From an uncultured Ardenticatenales bacterium (lineage in GTDB: Bacteria > Chloroflexota > Anaerolineae > Ardenticatenales > Ardenticatenaceae), in contig CBKYSX010000001.1 of the NCBI GenBank assembly GCA_966690745.1, forward strand, positions 1 through 57,071: DNA of 57,071 nucleotides, written 5' to 3'. Shown here in pieces: positions 52,978-57,071 of the stretch; the stretch's first letter is position 1, and the number at the start of each line of letters is the position of its first letter. A program made the translations under genes and the position numbers. A model generated the notes under the pieces. The model did no database searches. It had not been told where the DNA came from and saw nothing but the letters and a program-made list of their open reading frames with translations.

Positions 52978-54579
52978 TTAGGGCGTAGGGATGGTTTCGA
53001 GTTCCTTATACAGCAAGTGATACGCCATTTTTGGAACTAGCGAGGTCGGGATGGTCGGCGGCGACCATGCTGTCGGGGTGGGCGCAGGGTGGTTGCCCAT
53101 CAATTCCGGTTGGGGTGGTTGGGGGCAGAAGTGATTGGTGGGAAGAGGCGGCAGAGGCTCGCCTTCATTAAAGAGCAAGGGATGGTAACAATCTAACCAT
53201 GAAGTACGGTCATACAATCCCCATGTACTTATCCCTTTACAGAGGGGCGCATAGTGCTGATAGGTGTCGTCGGCATACAGGCAGGCGTGGGCAACTTCTC
53301 GATAAACAAGGGCTTGTTGCGGAAAATAATCTGCCACCTCGCGGTAATCAAAAAAGCTGTGGTAATCCGCTTGCCGGATCGCTACATCTAATTCTGTGAT
53401 ATGCGCGGAGATACCTGCATCCGCAAACGCTTCCAGAATCGAGCGTAATCCTGTAACAGGGTTGACTGGAACCTGTGCCGTAGGTTGCAAAATCAGGTGT
53501 GCCTGAATCCCTACTGCATCAATCAACCCCGGTTCAATCCCATTGATGGCGGTAATAGTCTCGTATGCCCCTTGCGCCCAGCGATTGGGGTTGTCACCGC
53601 TTCCGTCCCATATCGCGTTCACAGGAAACTTATCATTAAACAGCAATTCCGGTCGGGGCGATTGGGTTTCGCAATGGCTACTAATCGCACGGTCGGCTAC
53701 CTCAAACGCTTTATAAATGTAGTAAGCCTCATCGGGACCCGTATAAAGCGGGTCGTTTTTCCGCCATTCATTCACCAATGCCCAATTGTACGGATGGGGG
53801 TTGGCTACGGGGTCAAACTTCCATGTGCGGATGCTTCCATCATCATTCGTCACCTCATTAACCACATCATACACATAGACAGCCCCGGCAAGTTCCGGCG
53901 TTTGACATAAATATTGAGCCACGCCATTGGCATGGTCTTCCATCGTCAACACAAACGCCTCTGCCAATGCCTCAATCTCCTGCGTATCGGTTAAAGCCTC
54001 AAAGGCGAGGGTGTCCGATTGTAACCATTCCGGCAGTACCGAACCGGCAGGGTGGTCCCAGAACAGGGTTTGGAAATGAACGACAATTCCCCGTTGGTGC
54101 GCCCATTCAATCGCGGCTTCCGTATACTGCCAATTCCATTCAATTTCTTGTTCGTAGGTTTCCCACGCTACCGCAGAAGGGTCACGATAGTCCAAATAGG
54201 GTTCGCACCTTTTCATCCAGCGGGCGGCATCGTGGATGGTGAGGTTATAGCTCTCCAAACGGGAATCCACCAGCAGTTGCGGCGGGCAAGGGTGAATATT
54301 GCCAAAAAATCCATTTACTGTAATCGAATTAAAATCCCGCTCGATGCGGTTGTTTTCAATCGGGCGGTTCTGCTGAGTCAGCAAAAAATCATTGACGAAC
54401 AGCCCGATTCGCATCGGGGCGGCAAGTGTTGCCAACCCCGGACGGGGCGGAGCCAGCCGACGGACAATACCCGCAGGGGGCGGGGGTACAACTCCGTTGT
54501 ACATAGTGACCATCATCAATAGTACAACCGAAAAAGTGGCAACGGAACGCAAACGGGGAAATGGGGGGAAGAAGGGCAT
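52978..54579 (-). CDS. Glycoside hydrolase family 10-like (endo-beta-1,4-xylanase fold)
   Basis: N-terminal hydrophobic anchor or signal. Acid/base motif YDVVNEV and nucleophile motif ITELDV. Confidence 0.65.
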   Translation of the reverse strand: MPFFPPFPRLRSVATFSVVLLMMVTMYNGVVPPPPAGIVRRLAPPRPGLATLAAPMRIGLFVNDFLLTQQNRPIENNRIERDFNSITVNGFFGNIHPCPPQLLVDSRLESYNLTIHDAARWMKRCEPYLDYRDPSAVAWETYEQEIEWNWQYTEAAIEWAHQRGIVVHFQTLFWDHPAGSVLPEWLQSDTLAFEALTDTQEIEALAEAFVLTMEDHANGVAQYLCQTPELAGAVYVYDVVNEVTNDDGSIRTWKFDPVANPHPYNWALVNEWRKNDPLYTGPDEAYYIYKAFEVADRAISSHCETQSPRPELLFNDKFPVNAIWDGSGDNPNRWAQGAYETITAINGIEPGLIDAVGIQAHLILQPTAQVPVNPVTGLRSILEAFADAGISAHITELDVAIRQADYHSFFDYREVADYFPQQALVYREVAHACLYADDTYQHYAPLCKGISTWGLYDRTSWLDCYHPLLFNEGEPLPPLPTNHFCPQPPQPELMGNHPAPTPTAWSPPTIPTSLVPKMAYHLLYKELETIPTP

Positions 54580-54772
54580 CGGAACATCCTTACGGGTAGA
54601 GCGGATGAGCCGGATATTGTGCTCATCAGTCGCTTTGCTTCTACAGTTCCCATGGGGAGTGAAACCGCCCTTTTAGTATCCCGATTTCCATTGATCTTTT
54701 CTGAATTTTTATAAACGGTGTCCTAAAGAAATATAAGACCGCTCTCATCATTCCTGATAAGAGGGGCTTCTT

Positions 54773-57001
54773 TTATCGTTCCATCACCCACGATGCCACC
54801 ATCCGATAGAGATGGTGGAAAAAAGGTGTGTGGTCTGGGGGGGGCAGGACCAGGGGATAGCTGTTGTGGGCGATTCGCTGTTCCTGATGGTGCAGGTCCA
54901 ATTCAATCAATTTCTCAGTGGGCAAGCGGAAGGTAATTCGCGTCAATGGTATGGCGGCATAGGGCGGCAAATGGAAGGGTTGGGCATGAATGATTTCATT
55001 GCCCTGTCGGATGGTGGCGGTGCAATTCTGTAGAGGGAAGGCGTGGTCGTTTACTGCCCACAACACGGCTTCGATCTCATCCCCCGCCTTATACGCCTTT
55101 TTACGGTCAAATTCCAACAGCAAGGCGGTGGGGTTATACCATTCCTTCAAGTGATGGGCGGCGGCTTTGGATTCGCCAAAAAAATCTACCAACGCCCACG
55201 AAATCGCCGGGTACGGTTCGTTCCATTGCCATAGGGTAATACCCCCCGCTCCTTGCCCTTTACGGCGGCGCATATTTTCAATCGCCAATTGCATCCCCCG
55301 TGCCTGTGCCTCCTGACTGGCATCAATAAAGGCTTCGATGGAGTCGTGAGCGTGGTCGGGCAGATAAGCACGCAGTTTCGAAATTTCGCCGTGAATTTCT
55401 TCCCATGCCGGATTGGGGGGAAAATGTTTTTCCGTTACCAGAATCTTGTCCAACGTACTTTGATTGGGCAATGCCTGTAATCCTACCTCGCTTAAAAAGA
55501 GCGCGGTTTGTTCGTCTAAATGGTGCAGGGGCGCGTACCCGTGCCACACCTGCCACTGGTGATGGTCAATCCCCGATGGTGAAGGGGGCAGGAAGGGGCG
55601 ATCATCCTCTTTCTGTACCATCGCGGCAAGTCGGCTCACTAGCGGGCGGTTGCGTTGTAGGGAAAATTCATTCCCGGCACACCACACTGCAACCGAAGGA
55701 TGAGGTTCAAGCGCACGCACAATCCCCCGTGCCTCCTGTTCCGCCAACGCCAAAAATTCCTCGTCACGGGGGTAATGGTCTAAGAAAGCACAGGCAAAGG
55801 GCATCTCTTGCCAGATGAGCAAGCCCAATTCGTCGCATAGTTCATAAAAAATTCGCCGTTCCCGTCCGCCCCCGCCCCAGACCCGGATAAAATTCACGTT
55901 CTGTTCGCGGGCATAGGTCAGAAGAGTGCGATACCGTTCGTGGTCGGCTTCACTGGTCGCGCCCAATATATCTACCGGAACCCAGTTCACCCCCCGCGCA
56001 AAAAAGGGCTGTTCATTTACCGTCATCCGGTAGCGTTGCCAGGTGGCGGTACGAATCCCGAAACGCAGGGTAATAGTGTGGCTATGGGGAATCGAAATCG
56101 TGAAGCGATAGAGGTTGGGTGCGCCCTGATCCCAGGGATGCCAGCGTTCCGCATCCGGCACGGTCAGGTGCAGATGGTGGCGGCTGGTTCCCTTTGGAAT
56201 GGTCAGGTTGTAGGTTGCCAACCCATCGGTTCCTTCAAAGTTCATCGGTTGCCATGCAAGCGTGAGCGGCGTACCAGTGGCTTCAAGGGCATCTACCACC
56301 AGGGTACAGGTGGTGGTGGCTTTGCCCGTTTTGGTACTGAACCGCCATTTGCCCACATCCATATGCACAATCCGCACATTGCCGGTGGTGTAAACCGTGG
56401 GGGCTTCCCATACCCCCAGAATCGGTAGTTCGGGGGCAAAATCCCACCCGGCTTGCATCGGCGGACGAAGTAGACGCAAACGAGGATGATAGGGACTAAT
56501 TCCCGCTCTGCCTCTGTGGATGAAACGGGTCGGCTGAATCAGTGCCTGTTCAAGGCGTGTCCATAGGGGCACGGGGAAGGCATTAAAGCCTGTCAATCTC
56601 AGCGCGAGGCGATAGGTGTGGGGTTCACCATCGGCGGGGACATAATCGGTAAGTTCGATTTCCCATGCCGAAAACGCGCATTCGTGGTACGCCAGCAAGC
56701 GGTCGTCCAGCCAGGCGGTGGCAATATAGTCTACACAATCAAAACGAACGAAAATCCGCTCGGTTTCGGTGCGTGTCAGGGTAATCTCCTGTTTCAACCA
56801 CCAATCCTGTTGATTGACCCATTCGGCGCGGGGCAGATTTTCGTATTTATACAGGTCGGGCAGAACGTTGTTTTTCATCAGGGCGGCGTGGATGCCGCCC
56901 GGTACGTCCATCTCCCACCATTGCCGCACCTCCCGAATGTCATTGCCCCGATAGGTGTGCGGTTGTTGGGGGACGTACCCTAAGTGCCAGATAGAGTTCA
57001 T
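54773..57001 (-). CDS. Glycoside hydrolase family 2 (beta-mannosidase-like)
   Basis: GVNWVPVD, NFIRVWGGG, LLIWQEMPFACA, WCAGNEF (acid/base), FLSEVGLQALP (nucleophile). Confidence 0.75.
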   Translation of the reverse strand: MNSIWHLGYVPQQPHTYRGNDIREVRQWWEMDVPGGIHAALMKNNVLPDLYKYENLPRAEWVNQQDWWLKQEITLTRTETERIFVRFDCVDYIATAWLDDRLLAYHECAFSAWEIELTDYVPADGEPHTYRLALRLTGFNAFPVPLWTRLEQALIQPTRFIHRGRAGISPYHPRLRLLRPPMQAGWDFAPELPILGVWEAPTVYTTGNVRIVHMDVGKWRFSTKTGKATTTCTLVVDALEATGTPLTLAWQPMNFEGTDGLATYNLTIPKGTSRHHLHLTVPDAERWHPWDQGAPNLYRFTISIPHSHTITLRFGIRTATWQRYRMTVNEQPFFARGVNWVPVDILGATSEADHERYRTLLTYAREQNVNFIRVWGGGGRERRIFYELCDELGLLIWQEMPFACAFLDHYPRDEEFLALAEQEARGIVRALEPHPSVAVWCAGNEFSLQRNRPLVSRLAAMVQKEDDRPFLPPSPSGIDHHQWQVWHGYAPLHHLDEQTALFLSEVGLQALPNQSTLDKILVTEKHFPPNPAWEEIHGEISKLRAYLPDHAHDSIEAFIDASQEAQARGMQLAIENMRRRKGQGAGGITLWQWNEPYPAISWALVDFFGESKAAAHHLKEWYNPTALLLEFDRKKAYKAGDEIEAVLWAVNDHAFPLQNCTATIRQGNEIIHAQPFHLPPYAAIPLTRITFRLPTEKLIELDLHHQEQRIAHNSYPLVLPPPDHTPFFHHLYRMVASWVMER

Positions 57002-57071
57002 TGGTCAAAGAATTGCGAGGAAGGAGTAAAGAATTAAGAGTGAAGAAAATGATATTGTTTAAAGTATCTCT

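Overview
A 57-kb chromosomal segment that is gene-dense, with about 55 CDS, 2 tRNAs and short intergenic regions. I found no rRNA, CRISPR array, transposase, integrase or phage genes. Gene content loosely suggests a Chloroflexota-like bacterium: isopentenyl phosphate kinase, a cdaA-cdaR pair, many orphan sugar-binding proteins, weak Shine-Dalgarno usage and sigma70-consensus promoters. This taxon call is low-confidence inference.

Recognisable genes, in order:
- polA 3' end, a 2H phosphoesterase and a Uma2 endonuclease.
- An ABC-2 exporter (ATPase plus two permeases) interrupted by a LysE gene.
- A LOV/PAS histidine kinase with two single-domain response regulators, then a HAD hydrolase.
- A GNAT-acyl-adenylate-synthetase fusion.
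- A giant LysM-SLT-M23 murein hydrolase followed by cdaA-cdaR.
- Two tandem sugar-binding lipoproteins and a secreted RTX-like repeat protein.
- rpsO-pnp, then cyclophilin, a WecA/MraY-family transferase and def.
- tRNA-Gly(CCC), ccmH plus a TlpA-like gene, isopentenyl phosphate kinase, rseP and tRNA-Asp(GTC).
- An MshC-like ligase, a GH10 and a GH2 hydrolase.

I see no canonical defence or mobile system. The most unusual signals are:
1. The GNAT-ANL fusion has degenerate adenylation motifs; the catalytic A10 lysine reads Gln.
2. PNPase carries a roughly 110-aa RGG/Gly-Arg low-complexity C-terminal tail.
3. A roughly 130-bp direct duplication of the pnp 3' end plus terminator brackets a small, possibly chimeric ORF.
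4. At least six families of short nested-palindrome intergenic repeats recur across the window.
5. A short MshC-type Cys ligase is present without other mycothiol genes in the window.
6. A lower-GC stretch of unknown ORFs lies next to tRNA-Asp and includes a 28-bp perfect palindrome.

All domain calls come from motif reading by eye; no searches were run.
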